From the NCBI GenBank assembly GCA_964230805.1, contig CAXRIA010000002.1, positions 23,664 to 87,663 on the forward strand: a stretch of 64,000 nucleotides of DNA. The letters are read 5' to 3'. Source of the stretch: Flavobacteriaceae bacterium. GTDB lineage: Bacteria > Bacteroidota > Bacteroidia > Flavobacteriales > Flavobacteriaceae. Position 1 is the stretch's first letter, and each line of letters opens with the position of its first letter. The position numbers and the translations under genes were made by a program. Below are positions 1-9,217 of the stretch, in pieces. The notes beneath the pieces were generated by a model that was not told the origin of the DNA, did no database searches, and saw only the letters and a list, made by a program, of their open reading frames with translations.

Positions 1-836
1 TCTGTCTCCAACATCAATTCCTTATCCCCAAAAATGGAGGCGATCAGAATGATTGTTTGAACGCCAACACTGTAAAGAAAAAAAGCAACTAAAAACAATT
101 TCAATTCTCCCAAATATTTTAATTCCTCTAAAACTTTCTTCAACTCTTTAAAACCTTTGAATAAAATATCTTTTTTTATTTTTTTTCGAACCCTTTTATT
201 GGGTAAAAAATAAAACGTGTACTGAGCAAAACCAAACCACCATATTCCGACCAACAAAAAGGACAATCGCGCGGGCAATGTTGCTTCTGAAATCCCAAAA
301 AACTGAGGATTCATTTGTAAGAACAAACAAAACAACAACAAAATTACAGATCCTAAGTATCCGTAAATAAATCCTTTCGCACTCACCCTGTCGTGGTCCT
401 CAGGAAAAGCAACTTCTACCAAATAAGCATTGTAAAAAACCAAACTTCCCCAAAAGCCTATGCTTGCCAAAACCATAAAAGCAATTCCTAGTTCTATGTT
501 TTCACCCGTAAAAAAATACAATGCAGCCACTGAAAAAGACCCCAAGCCACAAAAGAATTGCAAAAACCTTTTTTTGTTATGCAAATAATCTGCAATACTT
601 GAAAGCATGGGTGATAGTAGCACAACCAAAAGAAAAGAAAAAGACAACGCATAACTGTAGAGGCTTGTGTTATTCATGTTCATACCCATAAAGGTTACCA
701 TAGAGTCGTTTCCTCCAGTAACGCTGTTGTAATAAATCGGGAAAATAGCGGTTCCGATCACCAACGAATACACGGAATTTGCCCAATCGTAAAAAACCCA
801 AGCGCCAATTAATTTTTTATCCCCTTTTTTCAACAT
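1..836 (-). CDS. MFS transporter, UMF1/Atg22-like (N-terminal part; gene runs off the window start)
   Basis: Absent from the ORF track because it has no stop inside the window. I translated the reverse strand from the ATG (CAT at 834-836) and checked every in-frame triplet down to position 3; there is no stop. The N-terminus is MLKKGDKKLIGAWVFYDWANSVYSLVIGTAIFPIYYN..., followed by repeated hydrophobic helices. The FYDWANS motif is typical of UMF1-type MFS permeases. Confidence 0.7.
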   Translation of the reverse strand, partial: MLKKGDKKLIGAWVFYDWANSVYSLVIGTAIFPIYYNSVTGGNDSMVTFMGMNMNNTSLYSYALSFSFLLVVLLSPMLSSIADYLHNKKRFLQFFCGLGSFSVAALYFFTGENIELGIAFMVLASIGFWGSLVFYNAYLVEVAFPEDHDRVSAKGFIYGYLGSVILLLFCLFLQMNPQFFGISEATLPARLSFLLVGIWWFGFAQYTFYFLPNKRVRKKIKKDILFKGFKELKKVLEELKYLGELKLFLVAFFLYSVGVQTIILIASIFGDKELMLET

Positions 837-914
837 TTCTTTTCTATTTGCATGCACATGTCGCTTTCATTTCGCAGCGATGCATGTTCGTTCCTCTTTG
901 TACCCATCCCATTG

Positions 915-1709
915 TCAACCGTATTTTTTAGCCAACCGTTTGGCTTCTGGTAAAAAAGCCTTCAAGGTTTCAATTCTTCTTTGGTTGGATGGATGCGTAC
1001 TCAAGAATTCAGGTGTCTTACTTTTACCTAATTTACTCATTCGAATCCATACCTGAACCGCTTCCTCAGGATTGTAACCGGCCATAATCATAAAAACCAT
1101 ACCCAGCTTATCTGCTTCCGTCTCATGTCGTCGACTAAATTTTAACATCCCAGCCTTCGACCCTAGTCCATAAGCCATATTCCAAATTTGCTGTTCCCTC
1201 TCCTTCTTGTCTTTTGTACCATACGATACAGCAATTCCTCCCAATTGTTGCAATTGCGATGATGACATACGCTCTTGACCATGCTTGGCAAAGGCATGAG
1301 CAATTTCATGTCCCATAATTGCTGCAATGCCATCCCTATTTTTCGCTACAGGAAGAATTCCTGTGTAAAAAACAACTTTCCCGCCTGGCATACACCACGC
1401 ATTTAATTTTTCATCTTCAACCAAATTAAACTCCCATTTGTACGTATCTGCTTCTTTGGTCATGTTGTTTGACCTCATAAAAAGATCAACGGCAGCCGCA
1501 ATATTTTTACCTATTTGGTTCAATTCATCCGTTTTATTTTTATCTTCGGAGAGCTTATTTTCCTTTATAAAGGCATCGTATTGTTGGAAACTCGTGGGTA
1601 AAACTTGGGCATCAGACACAAAATTCACTCTTTTCCTTCCCGTAATGGGCACCGTAGAACAACTTTGCAAAAGAAAGCATGTGAACAGCAGAAACACTAT
1701 TTTTTTCAT
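915..1709 (-). CDS. M48 family zinc metallopeptidase, lipoprotein
   Basis: HExxH motif in GHEIAHAFAKHGQE. Lipoprotein signal MKKIVFLLFTCFLLQSC. Start trimmed to the ATG at 1709; the track start is 8 codons upstream. Confidence 0.85.
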   Translation of the reverse strand: MKKIVFLLFTCFLLQSCSTVPITGRKRVNFVSDAQVLPTSFQQYDAFIKENKLSEDKNKTDELNQIGKNIAAAVDLFMRSNNMTKEADTYKWEFNLVEDEKLNAWCMPGGKVVFYTGILPVAKNRDGIAAIMGHEIAHAFAKHGQERMSSSQLQQLGGIAVSYGTKDKKEREQQIWNMAYGLGSKAGMLKFSRRHETEADKLGMVFMIMAGYNPEEAVQVWIRMSKLGKSKTPEFLSTHPSNQRRIETLKAFLPEAKRLAKKYG

Positions 1710-1813
1710 ATTTTCATTTTTTTTACAACACAAATATAAGATTTCAAAATTGACTTATTTTTATTAATTTCAATTTACGTAATCAATCAAAGACAAGAAC
1801 GACCAATCAACAC

Positions 1814-2269
1814 ATGAACTTCAAAAAATTATTTTTTACTTTACTTCTGTTCCTACCTATTCTTTTGAGTGCGCAAGAAAAAGTTCTCAAAAGCCAAGAA
1901 GAATGGAAGGAAATACTAACTCCCATGCAATTTTATATTTTAAGAGAAAAAGGCACGGAACGTCCAAGCACAGGTGAATTTGACAAGCATTTTGAAAAAG
2001 GTATTTATCAATGTGCTGGATGCAAAACGATCTTGTTTTCATCCAAAAATAAATACGACGCTCATTGCGGTTGGCCTTCCTTTGATCAATTTTTAAACCA
2101 ATCTATCCAAGAGCGAGAAGACAACCGTTACGGCTGGAAACGCACAGAGGTTATCTGTGCGACTTGTGAAGGCCATTTGGGCCACGTTTTCAATGACGGC
2201 CCCGTCAAAACAACCGGTAAAAGATATTGCATCAATTCTGCAGCCTTGCAGTTTACAAAACAACCCTAA
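1814..2269 (+). CDS. msrB: Peptide-methionine (R)-S-oxide reductase MsrB, exported copy
   Basis: Two CxxC zinc pairs (CAGC, CATC), GHLGHVF, and the catalytic Cys in RYCINS. N-terminal signal peptide MNFKKLFFTLLLFLPILLSAQE. Confidence 0.9.
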   Translation: MNFKKLFFTLLLFLPILLSAQEKVLKSQEEWKEILTPMQFYILREKGTERPSTGEFDKHFEKGIYQCAGCKTILFSSKNKYDAHCGWPSFDQFLNQSIQEREDNRYGWKRTEVICATCEGHLGHVFNDGPVKTTGKRYCINSAALQFTKQP

Positions 2270-2288
2270 CTATTGAAATAGAAATTAT

Positions 2289-2669
2289 ATGTCAAAAAAA
2301 CAAAGTACGGAAGAATGGAAAAGGCAACTGAGCCCAGAGGAATTTCGCATCTTACGCGAAAAAGGGACAGAAATGCCACACACAGGAAAATACAATTTGC
2401 ACTTTGAAAAAGGAACCTATTCATGCAAAGGTTGCGGTACAGATTTGTTTGAATCGGATGCTAAATTTAACGCGCATTGTGGCTGGCCTTCTTTTGACAA
2501 GGCAATTAAAGACAGTATTCGATATGAAAAAGACAGATCTCATGGCATGATTCGCGTGGAGATTATTTGCAACGCATGTGATGGTCATCTCGGACATGTT
2601 TTTGAAGATGGCCCCACAGATACAGGCTTAAGATACTGTGTCAATTCTGCTTCAATTCAATTCAAATAA
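2289..2669 (+). CDS. msrB: Peptide-methionine (R)-S-oxide reductase MsrB, cytosolic copy
   Basis: CKGC and CNAC zinc pairs, GHLGHVF and RYCVNS. No signal peptide. Shares the blocks ILREKGTE and AHCGWPSFD with the upstream copy. Confidence 0.92.
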   Translation: MSKKQSTEEWKRQLSPEEFRILREKGTEMPHTGKYNLHFEKGTYSCKGCGTDLFESDAKFNAHCGWPSFDKAIKDSIRYEKDRSHGMIRVEIICNACDGHLGHVFEDGPTDTGLRYCVNSASIQFK

Positions 2670-2856
2670 AAAAGCATCAAAATAAAAAGGAAAACTTTTT
2701 GCAATACCTTTTTCACACGGCGTGTATGGCTACGGATGCGTTGTTTGATAATCCCTGTTTCTTTCAAACAACGCTCCCTAAAAAAATAAAACAAAAAAAG
2801 TTTTCATTCCACAATTCTTTACTTTGAGAACTCGTTGATTATTTACCAATTCTCGC

Positions 2857-2887
2857 TTTGAGAACTAAAGGCTTTCTTTTATCTTTG
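2857..2887 (+). promoter_or_regulatory. Bacteroidota-type promoter of ffh (-33 TTTG, -7 TAtcTTTG)
   Basis: TTTG at 2857-2860, a 19-nt spacer, then TATCTTTG at 2880-2887. The ATG is 22 nt downstream. Confidence 0.45.
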
Positions 2888-2909
2888 TTGCTTAAAATTT
2901 AGTAGACAA

Positions 2910-4238
2910 ATGTTTCAAAACTTAAGCGATAAATTAGACAAAGCATTGCATGTTCTTAAAGGACATGGAAAAATTACGGAAGTAAATGTTGCGGAAACCT
3001 TAAAAGAGGTTCGTAGAGCATTGATCAATGCAGATGTAAATTTCAAAATCGCGAAAGAATTCACTACGAAAGTAAAAAACAAAGCACTAGGCGCAAATGT
3101 GTTAACTACACTGAATCCTAGCCAACTACTCGTTAAAATCGTAAAAGACGAACTGACCGATTTGATGGGAGGTGAAACAGTAGGCGTAAATCTCTCGGGA
3201 AACCCAACTGTCATCTTAATGTCCGGATTGCAAGGTTCAGGTAAAACCACTTTTTCGGGAAAGCTTGCCAATTATTTAACGACGAAAAAAAACAAATCTG
3301 TTTTACTCGTTGGGTGTGATGTTTACAGACCTGCAGCCATCAACCAACTTCAAGTAGTTGGTGAGCAAATAGGTGTTGAAGTTTATGCAGAAGAAGGAAA
3401 TCAAAATCCTGTAGAAATATCTCTAAACGCCTTAAAACACGCGAAAGCAACAGGTAAAAATACAGTCATTATAGATACCGCGGGACGATTGGCCGTTGAT
3501 GAGGAGATGATGACCGAAATATCAAACATACACAAGGCTGTTTCTCCTCAAGAGACGTTGTTTGTAGTGGATTCCATGACTGGACAAGATGCGGTAAACA
3601 CGGCAAAGGCTTTCAATGATTTGTTAAACTTTGACGGGGTGGTCCTAACAAAACTAGATGGTGACACCCGTGGTGGGGCAGCATTATCTATTAAATCTGT
3701 AGTCAACAAACCGATCAAATTCATCGGAACGGGCGAAAAAATGGAAGCACTTGATGTTTTCTACCCAGACCGTATGGCAGATCGTATTCTAGGAATGGGC
3801 GATGTGGTTTCCTTGGTGGAAAGAGCGCAAGAACAATACGATGAAGAAGAAGCTAGAAAAATTCACAAAAAGATTGCTAAAAATCAATTTGGCTTTGACG
3901 ACTTTTTATCACAGATTCAACAAATCAAGAAAATGGGTAACATGAAAGATTTGATGGGGATGATTCCAGGCGCAGGAAAGATGATGAAAAATATTGACAT
4001 TGACGACGATGCCTTCAAAGGAATTGAGGCGATCATTCATTCCATGACCCCCAAGGAAAGATCGGAACCCAAAACCATCAATGCCAGCCGAAAAAAGCGG
4101 ATTGCCAAAGGTTCCGGAACGAGTATTCAAGAAGTCAACGCACTCATGAAGCAATTCAATCAAATGAGTAAAATGATGAAAATGATGCAAGGTGGCGGTG
4201 GCAGAAAAATGATGCAAATGATGAAAGGAATGCAATAA
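2910..4238 (+). CDS. ffh: Signal recognition particle protein Ffh
   Basis: NG domain with GLQGSGKTT, DTAGR and TKLDGD. Met-rich M domain and tail (MSKMMKMMQGGGGRKMMQMMKGMQ). Confidence 0.97.
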   Translation: MFQNLSDKLDKALHVLKGHGKITEVNVAETLKEVRRALINADVNFKIAKEFTTKVKNKALGANVLTTLNPSQLLVKIVKDELTDLMGGETVGVNLSGNPTVILMSGLQGSGKTTFSGKLANYLTTKKNKSVLLVGCDVYRPAAINQLQVVGEQIGVEVYAEEGNQNPVEISLNALKHAKATGKNTVIIDTAGRLAVDEEMMTEISNIHKAVSPQETLFVVDSMTGQDAVNTAKAFNDLLNFDGVVLTKLDGDTRGGAALSIKSVVNKPIKFIGTGEKMEALDVFYPDRMADRILGMGDVVSLVERAQEQYDEEEARKIHKKIAKNQFGFDDFLSQIQQIKKMGNMKDLMGMIPGAGKMMKNIDIDDDAFKGIEAIIHSMTPKERSEPKTINASRKKRIAKGSGTSIQEVNALMKQFNQMSKMMKMMQGGGGRKMMQMMKGMQ

Positions 4239-4288
4239 AGAATGTGATTTCTTTCTTTTTAATAAAACATTAAAAAAACAACGCAAAC

Positions 4289-5167
4289 ATGGTAATTCTA
4301 GACGGAAAACAAACCTCTTCAGACATTAAAAAAGAAATTTCGGTTTCAGTTGCTGCACTAAAAAAACAAGGTAAAAAAACACCTCACTTAGCTGCCGTTC
4401 TTGTCGGTAATGATGGCGCAAGTATGACCTATGTTGGCGCGAAAGTGAAAGCATGCGAACTCGTTGGTTTTGAATCCACTTTGATAGAACTACCAGATAC
4501 CACCTCTGAAAAAGAGCTATTGCAAGAAATTGAAAATCTGAACAACAACAACGCCATCGATGGTTTTATCATTCAATTGCCTTTGCCAAAGCATATTGAT
4601 GAACAAAAAATATTAATGGCGGTTCACCCAGACAAAGATGTAGACGGTTTTCACCCTGTGAATGTTGGTAAAATGGCCTTAGAATTGCCCACTTTTCTAC
4701 CTGCAACACCTTATGGAATTATAGAGTTGCTAGAACGATACAATGTTGAAACATCTGGCAAAAATGTGGTGGTCATAGGCCGTAGTCACATTGTAGGACG
4801 TCCTATGAGTATCTTACTAAGTCAGAAGAGAACCGCAGGTGATGCCACCGTGACCCTTACCCACAGCCGCACAAAAGACTTAAAATCAATTACTCAAAAA
4901 GCAGACATTGTTGTTGCTGCGCTGGGAATTGCCGAGTTTTTAACTGGCGACATGGTAAAAGACGGCGCAACCATCATAGATGTTGGAATCACACGCATAG
5001 AAGATGCATCCAAAAAAAGAGGTTTCAGACTTGCAGGAGACGTACATTTTGAAAGCGTTGCCCCAAAAGCTTCGTTCATAACGCCTGTACCTGGAGGTGT
5101 CGGACCCATGACAATTGCCATGCTGCTAAAAAACACATTACTCGCTTGCACTAGAAAAGTGCAATAA
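4289..5167 (+). CDS. folD: Bifunctional methylenetetrahydrofolate dehydrogenase/methenyl-THF cyclohydrolase FolD
   Basis: Full-length FolD-like sequence: LVGNDGASMTYVGAKVKA, GRSHIVGRPMS, PVPGGVGPMTIAML. Confidence 0.95.
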   Translation: MVILDGKQTSSDIKKEISVSVAALKKQGKKTPHLAAVLVGNDGASMTYVGAKVKACELVGFESTLIELPDTTSEKELLQEIENLNNNNAIDGFIIQLPLPKHIDEQKILMAVHPDKDVDGFHPVNVGKMALELPTFLPATPYGIIELLERYNVETSGKNVVVIGRSHIVGRPMSILLSQKRTAGDATVTLTHSRTKDLKSITQKADIVVAALGIAEFLTGDMVKDGATIIDVGITRIEDASKKRGFRLAGDVHFESVAPKASFITPVPGGVGPMTIAMLLKNTLLACTRKVQ

Positions 5168-5193
5168 TCGCAACCCTGCCTTAAGAAAGCCAA

Positions 5194-5865
5194 CTATTTT
5201 ATTTTTTCGTCATAATGTTGCAGAATCTTTCGAATGCTCTTGATTGATTTCTGTAGCCATTGACCGTAAATTACTTTTTTTTCTGCCTCGGTTAACTTCC
5301 AGTCGACTTCCGTATTCCTGATTCGTGCAGTGACGTCCTGCAATACAATGGCTGCCGCCACAGAGACATTCAAACTTTCTGTAAAACCATACATCGGAAT
5401 TTTTAAATGACCGTCGGCTTGTTTCAGCATCATTTCTGAGACGCCCTCTTTTTCTACGCCAAATACAAAAGCTGATTTTTTAGACACATCAAAATCTGCA
5501 ACAAAATTTGATTTTTCATGAGGTGTTGTTGCTATAATTTGGTACCCTTTTTCTTTCACAGCATCAATGCATGTTTGGGTATTGTGTTCGAGGTTGTTGT
5601 ATCGATGAAAGGTCAACCATTTCTGAGAGCCCTTCCCTACTTGATTTGACACGTACGTTTTGTATTTATTTTCAATAATATGTAGATCTTGAATTCCAAA
5701 AACATCACAACTACGGGTGATTGCACTGGTGTTGTGTTTTTGATACAAATCTTCTAAAATTACGGTAAAATGACGTGTACGGTTGTCCAAAACATTCTTA
5801 AAAACCGCTTGTCGTTTTTCCGTCACAAATTGCTCTAAATACGCTATTAACTTTGGATCGTACAT
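5194..5865 (-). CDS. trmH: SpoU/TrmH family tRNA (guanosine-2'-O)-methyltransferase
   Basis: SpoU-type motifs: ILEDLYQKHNTSAITRSCDVFG, FGVEKEGVS, IPMYGFTESLNVSVAAAI. Confidence 0.85.
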   Translation of the reverse strand: MYDPKLIAYLEQFVTEKRQAVFKNVLDNRTRHFTVILEDLYQKHNTSAITRSCDVFGIQDLHIIENKYKTYVSNQVGKGSQKWLTFHRYNNLEHNTQTCIDAVKEKGYQIIATTPHEKSNFVADFDVSKKSAFVFGVEKEGVSEMMLKQADGHLKIPMYGFTESLNVSVAAAIVLQDVTARIRNTEVDWKLTEAEKKVIYGQWLQKSIKSIRKILQHYDEKIK

Positions 5866-5868
5866 ACC

Positions 5869-6342
5869 TTACTTCTTTATAATTTTTGCAGCCGCACCGT
5901 ACAATTTTCCATCCGTCACTACAGCTCCCTTTTCTATCAAGTCAAAAATCTCAAGATTCCGCTCCTTTGCATAATTCTTGTGCGCATAAAAATAAGAAAG
6001 ACTCTCGTCCGCGGCATTTTCAATCAACCAAGAAAGCCCTTTTTTAGTCTGAAAATTAATAGAAGCGTTGCTGGTCTTTATCAAAATACGTTCGATTTGT
6101 GTGGCTTGTGTTCGAAACAAGTTGATACTTTGTTTTGAAAAATGCTCCACGTATTCTGCCTTGTCTAAAACGCGCTCCCAGACCACATCACTAAAAATAT
6201 TCATTTCCTCCGCAGCTACCTCAGGCTTCTCTTTTTTCAGATTTTTCCATTCCTCCGCATCTATTTTTTGTGAAGCTAAAAAACGGGCAAATTCCACGTG
6301 CAATTCTTCAAATTGCTCTTTCGTAAGTTGTCTGTATTTCAT
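5869..6342 (-). CDS. Conserved hypothetical protein (157 aa, cytoplasmic, helical N-terminus)
   Basis: Clean ORF lying 3 nt downstream of trmH on the same strand. Start set at the ATG (MKYRQLTKEQFEEL...); the track start is a TTG 8 codons upstream. I recognise no catalytic motif. Confidence 0.6.
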   Translation of the reverse strand: MKYRQLTKEQFEELHVEFARFLASQKIDAEEWKNLKKEKPEVAAEEMNIFSDVVWERVLDKAEYVEHFSKQSINLFRTQATQIERILIKTSNASINFQTKKGLSWLIENAADESLSYFYAHKNYAKERNLEIFDLIEKGAVVTDGKLYGAAAKIIKK

Positions 6343-6449
6343 TCGTTTGTGTTTAAACGCTGACAATATCCAATTGGACTGTAAATTTCACAAAAAAAAT
6401 CCACCTACTCAAAAAATGAGAGGTGGATCGTATTTGCGTACAATTAAAA

Positions 6450-6896
6450 TTACTCAGCGATAATTTCAAAAGAAAATTCAGCAACAACGGTTCTGTGCAA
6501 TCTTGCAACCGCTTGGTACTTCCCTGTTCTTTTAATCAATCCACCTGTAACTTTGATGTATTTCTTTTCAACTTCAATTCCTGCCTTTGCAATGGCCTCA
6601 GCAACATCTGCATTGGAAACAGAACCGAACAACTTCGTTCCTTCACCAACCTTAGCAGCAATTTTAATTTCTAATTCTTTGATTGAATTCGCTACTTTGG
6701 TAGCATCTTCAACGACCTTTACTTCTTTGAAAGCACGTTGCTTCAAAGTCTCAGCCAACACCTTTTTAGCAGAACTTGTTGCTAAAACAGCATGTCCTTG
6801 AGGAATCAAAAAATTTCTTCCGTATCCGTTTTTAACAGCTACGATATCATCTTTAAAACCTAAGTTTTCTACGTCTTTTTTTAATATAACTTCCAT
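6450..6896 (-). CDS. rplI: 50S ribosomal protein L9
   Basis: MEVILKKDVENLGFKDDIVAVKNGYGRNFLIPQG is a canonical L9 N-terminus. Last gene of the rpsF-rpsR-rplI operon. Confidence 0.97.
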   Translation of the reverse strand: MEVILKKDVENLGFKDDIVAVKNGYGRNFLIPQGHAVLATSSAKKVLAETLKQRAFKEVKVVEDATKVANSIKELEIKIAAKVGEGTKLFGSVSNADVAEAIAKAGIEVEKKYIKVTGGLIKRTGKYQAVARLHRTVVAEFSFEIIAE

Positions 6897-6911
6897 CTCG
6901 TATCTGCTTTA

Positions 6912-7208
6912 TTATTTTAATAAATCTCCAACATATGGCATCAAAGCCAAGTGACGTGCTCTCTTAATAGCTACAGACACTTTACGTTGGTATTTTAAAG
7001 AGGTTCCTGTCAAACGACGTGGTAATATTTTACCTTGCTCGTTTACCAAATACATCAAGAAATCAGCATCTTTGTAATCAATATACTTAATTCCTTTTTT
7101 CTTAAATCTACAGTATTTCGCTTCTTTTTTAGTATCGATATCTAGCGGAGTCAGGTATCTTACATCTCCTTGTTTTCCTCCTTTTGCTTGTTGATCAATT
7201 GACGCCAT
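6912..7208 (-). CDS. rpsR: 30S ribosomal protein S18
   Basis: Canonical S18 core ([32 protein letters not shown]). Confidence 0.97.
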   Translation of the reverse strand: MASIDQQAKGGKQGDVRYLTPLDIDTKKEAKYCRFKKKGIKYIDYKDADFLMYLVNEQGKILPRRLTGTSLKYQRKVSVAIKRARHLALMPYVGDLLK

Positions 7209-7213
7209 AATTC

Positions 7214-7555
7214 TTAGTTTTTAGCAGATTTAACACGTTCTCTTCTTTTTTCAGCCCAAGCGGCAGCATGTTTGTCTAATTTTACCGTCAAATAACGCAT
7301 CACACTATCGTCTCTTCTGAATTCCAATTCAAATGCAGCCAAATTTGCTCCTTCTAAATTGAACTCAAACAAATGGTAAAACCCACTTTTTTTCTTTTGA
7401 ATTGGGTAGGCTAATTTTTTAAGCCCCCAGTCTTCTTTGTGAATCATCTTGGCACCTTTAGAAACAAGATAGTCTTCAAACTTCTGTACTGTTTCCTTTA
7501 CCTGAACATCAGATAAAACGGGATTCAAAATGAAAACAGTTTCGTAATGATTCAT
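7214..7555 (-). CDS. rpsF: 30S ribosomal protein S6
   Basis: [16 protein letters not shown]... is a canonical S6 N-terminus. First gene of the operon. Confidence 0.97.
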   Translation of the reverse strand: MNHYETVFILNPVLSDVQVKETVQKFEDYLVSKGAKMIHKEDWGLKKLAYPIQKKKSGFYHLFEFNLEGANLAAFELEFRRDDSVMRYLTVKLDKHAAAWAEKRRERVKSAKN

Positions 7556-7586
7556 AATTGTTGTTTTAAAATTATTTTTAAGGCTG

Positions 7587-7594
7587 CAAATATA
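7587..7594 (-). promoter_or_regulatory. -7 box (TATATTTG) for the rpsF-rpsR-rplI operon
   Basis: Plus strand reads CAAATATA. It lies 31 nt upstream of the rpsF ATG. Confidence 0.4.
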
Positions 7595-7773
7595 CGCTTA
7601 ATTACTTAGCATACAATAGCCTTTGTAAAGTTTTTTAACAATTTTTTAATGGGTTTTAACTCACAAAGAAAACACACGACCACTCCCCTCAAGAAATCCG
7701 TAAAATATTTGCAAAAAACAGACCTGGCACAAAAAATCATTCTTAGAAAAAAATACAATTCGTCAGAACTACT

Positions 7774-7781
7774 TATTTTTG
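7774..7781 (+). promoter_or_regulatory. -7 box (TATTTTTG) for pepT
   Basis: Lies 17 nt upstream of the ATG at 7799, which supports the trimmed start. Confidence 0.4.
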
Positions 7782-7798
7782 CATCAAAGTATGGACCC

Positions 7799-9034
7799 AT
7801 GGAAAAAATTCTCAATCGCTTTTTAAAATATGTGCAAATAGACACACAATCAGATCCTACAAATGCCGCGTTTCCGAGTAGTCAGAAACAATGGGAATTG
7901 GCAAAGCTATTGGCTGCTGAACTGAAAGATATTGGAATGAGCGATGTTCATCTCGATGAAAACTGCTATCTCATGGCAACACTTCCGAGCAACCTGAATT
8001 ACGAGGTACCCACCATTGGTTTTGTAGCACATATCGATACCAGTCCCGATTTTTCTGGGACGAATGTAAATCCGCAAGTACACAAAAATTACGATGGAAA
8101 AGACATTGTATTGAATAAAGAAAAAAACATTGTTCTCTCTCCTGAATATTTTGAAGATTTGTTACAGTACAAGGGAAACACCCTCATCACAACAGATGGC
8201 ACAACATTACTCGGAGCGGATGACAAAGCGGGCGTTACAGAAATTGTATCTGCCATGGAATACTTTATCAACCATCCAGAAATCAAACATGGCAACATCA
8301 GAATCTGCTTTACGCCCGACGAAGAAGTTGGAAAAGGCGCACATTTGTTTGATGTTGAAAAATTTGGTGCAGCATGGGCATACACCATGGATGGCAGTGA
8401 AATTGGCGAATTGGAATATGAAAACTTCAACGCTGCCAGCGCCATTGTTACAATTGAAGGAAAAAGTGTGCATCCCGGCTACGCAAAAAACAAAATGATC
8501 AACTCAATCCAAATAGCGAATCAATTCATCTCCAAACTTCCTTCGCAAGAGGTGCCCGAAAAAACATCGGGCTATGAAGGTTTTTTTCACTTACACACCA
8601 TTGTCGGCGACATCGAAAAAACAAAATTAGAATATATTATCAGAGACCACGACTTCGCTGTATTTGAAAAAAGAAAGCAACAGATACAAGCCATTGCAAA
8701 GGATTTAAACAAAAACCTAGAAAATCCCTGTATCACAGTTGAAATAAAAGACCAATACTACAATATGAAAGAAAAAATCAAGCCTGTCATGCATATTGTT
8801 GAAATTGCCGAAAACGCTATGAAACAAGCCAATATAAAACCCCTTATAAAAGCAATCAGAGGTGGCACAGACGGATCTCAATTATCCTACAAAGGCCTTC
8901 CCTGTCCAAATATTTTTGCAGGAGGACATAATTTTCATGGCAAGTATGAATACATACCACTTGAATCTATGATAAAAGCAACGGAAGTCATTGTCAATAT
9001 TGCAAAAATTGTCGCAAAAAAATACAGAGCTTAA
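7799..9034 (+). CDS. pepT: Peptidase T (tripeptide aminopeptidase, M20B)
   Basis: [20 protein letters not shown]..., [23 protein letters not shown]. Start trimmed by 50 codons to the ATG at 7799, which has a -7 box 17 nt upstream. Confidence 0.93.
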   Translation: MEKILNRFLKYVQIDTQSDPTNAAFPSSQKQWELAKLLAAELKDIGMSDVHLDENCYLMATLPSNLNYEVPTIGFVAHIDTSPDFSGTNVNPQVHKNYDGKDIVLNKEKNIVLSPEYFEDLLQYKGNTLITTDGTTLLGADDKAGVTEIVSAMEYFINHPEIKHGNIRICFTPDEEVGKGAHLFDVEKFGAAWAYTMDGSEIGELEYENFNAASAIVTIEGKSVHPGYAKNKMINSIQIANQFISKLPSQEVPEKTSGYEGFFHLHTIVGDIEKTKLEYIIRDHDFAVFEKRKQQIQAIAKDLNKNLENPCITVEIKDQYYNMKEKIKPVMHIVEIAENAMKQANIKPLIKAIRGGTDGSQLSYKGLPCPNIFAGGHNFHGKYEYIPLESMIKATEVIVNIAKIVAKKYRA

Positions 9035-9217
9035 CAAAATAGTGGTAAAACTGTTTCTTTACACGATAAAAAAAAGAACCTGTAGAATCGTGGCAATTAC
9101 ACTTCAAGGCCTGCTGTTTAGAATTTAACAATTTGTAAAATCTTGATAAAATTCCTTAAAAACCTTCTTGGTTTTAAAGAATATTTGAATCTTTGCCACA
9201 TATTAAACACGAGAACA

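Noticed and set aside
851-886. Imperfect hairpin CATGCA...TCGC...GCGA-TGCATG between the M48 peptidase stop and the MFS transporter start.
   Set aside because: The stem is short and bulged, with no U-tract on the relevant (minus) strand. The evidence is too weak to call it a terminator or operator.
4140-4235. ATGATG-rich periodic sequence at the 3' end of ffh, and the His-rich antisense ORF at 3909-4286.
   Set aside because: It encodes the normal Met-rich M-domain tail of Ffh. The antisense ORF is a mirror artefact of that repeat.
7649-7798. N-terminal extensions in the ORF track. Affected track starts on the plus strand are 7649, 9143, 25213, 37833, 38947, 39581, 43276 and 50394. On the minus strand they are 1733, 6366, 21992, 25119, 53998, 54183, 57561 and 63689.
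   Set aside because: The track opens at the first ATG/GTG/TTG after a stop. The extensions overlap upstream genes or promoters and precede the conserved family N-terminus, and a downstream ATG fits better, often with a -7 box 17-23 nt upstream.
9035-9217. I looked for riboswitches or leaders upstream of amino-acid and cofactor genes: a lysine riboswitch before lysA or thrA, a glycine riboswitch before gcvT (15594-15685), ZTP or THF elements before glyA and folD, a Moco element before modA (36269-36389), and a cobalamin element before the FecCD pair.
   Set aside because: I could not find any of the conserved cores I remember for these classes (for example the B12 box, the GGAGAG...CACCG-type glycine cores, or the CCGCCTGGGC-like ZTP core). 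The spacers are AT-rich and mostly too short. A covariance-model scan would be needed for certainty.
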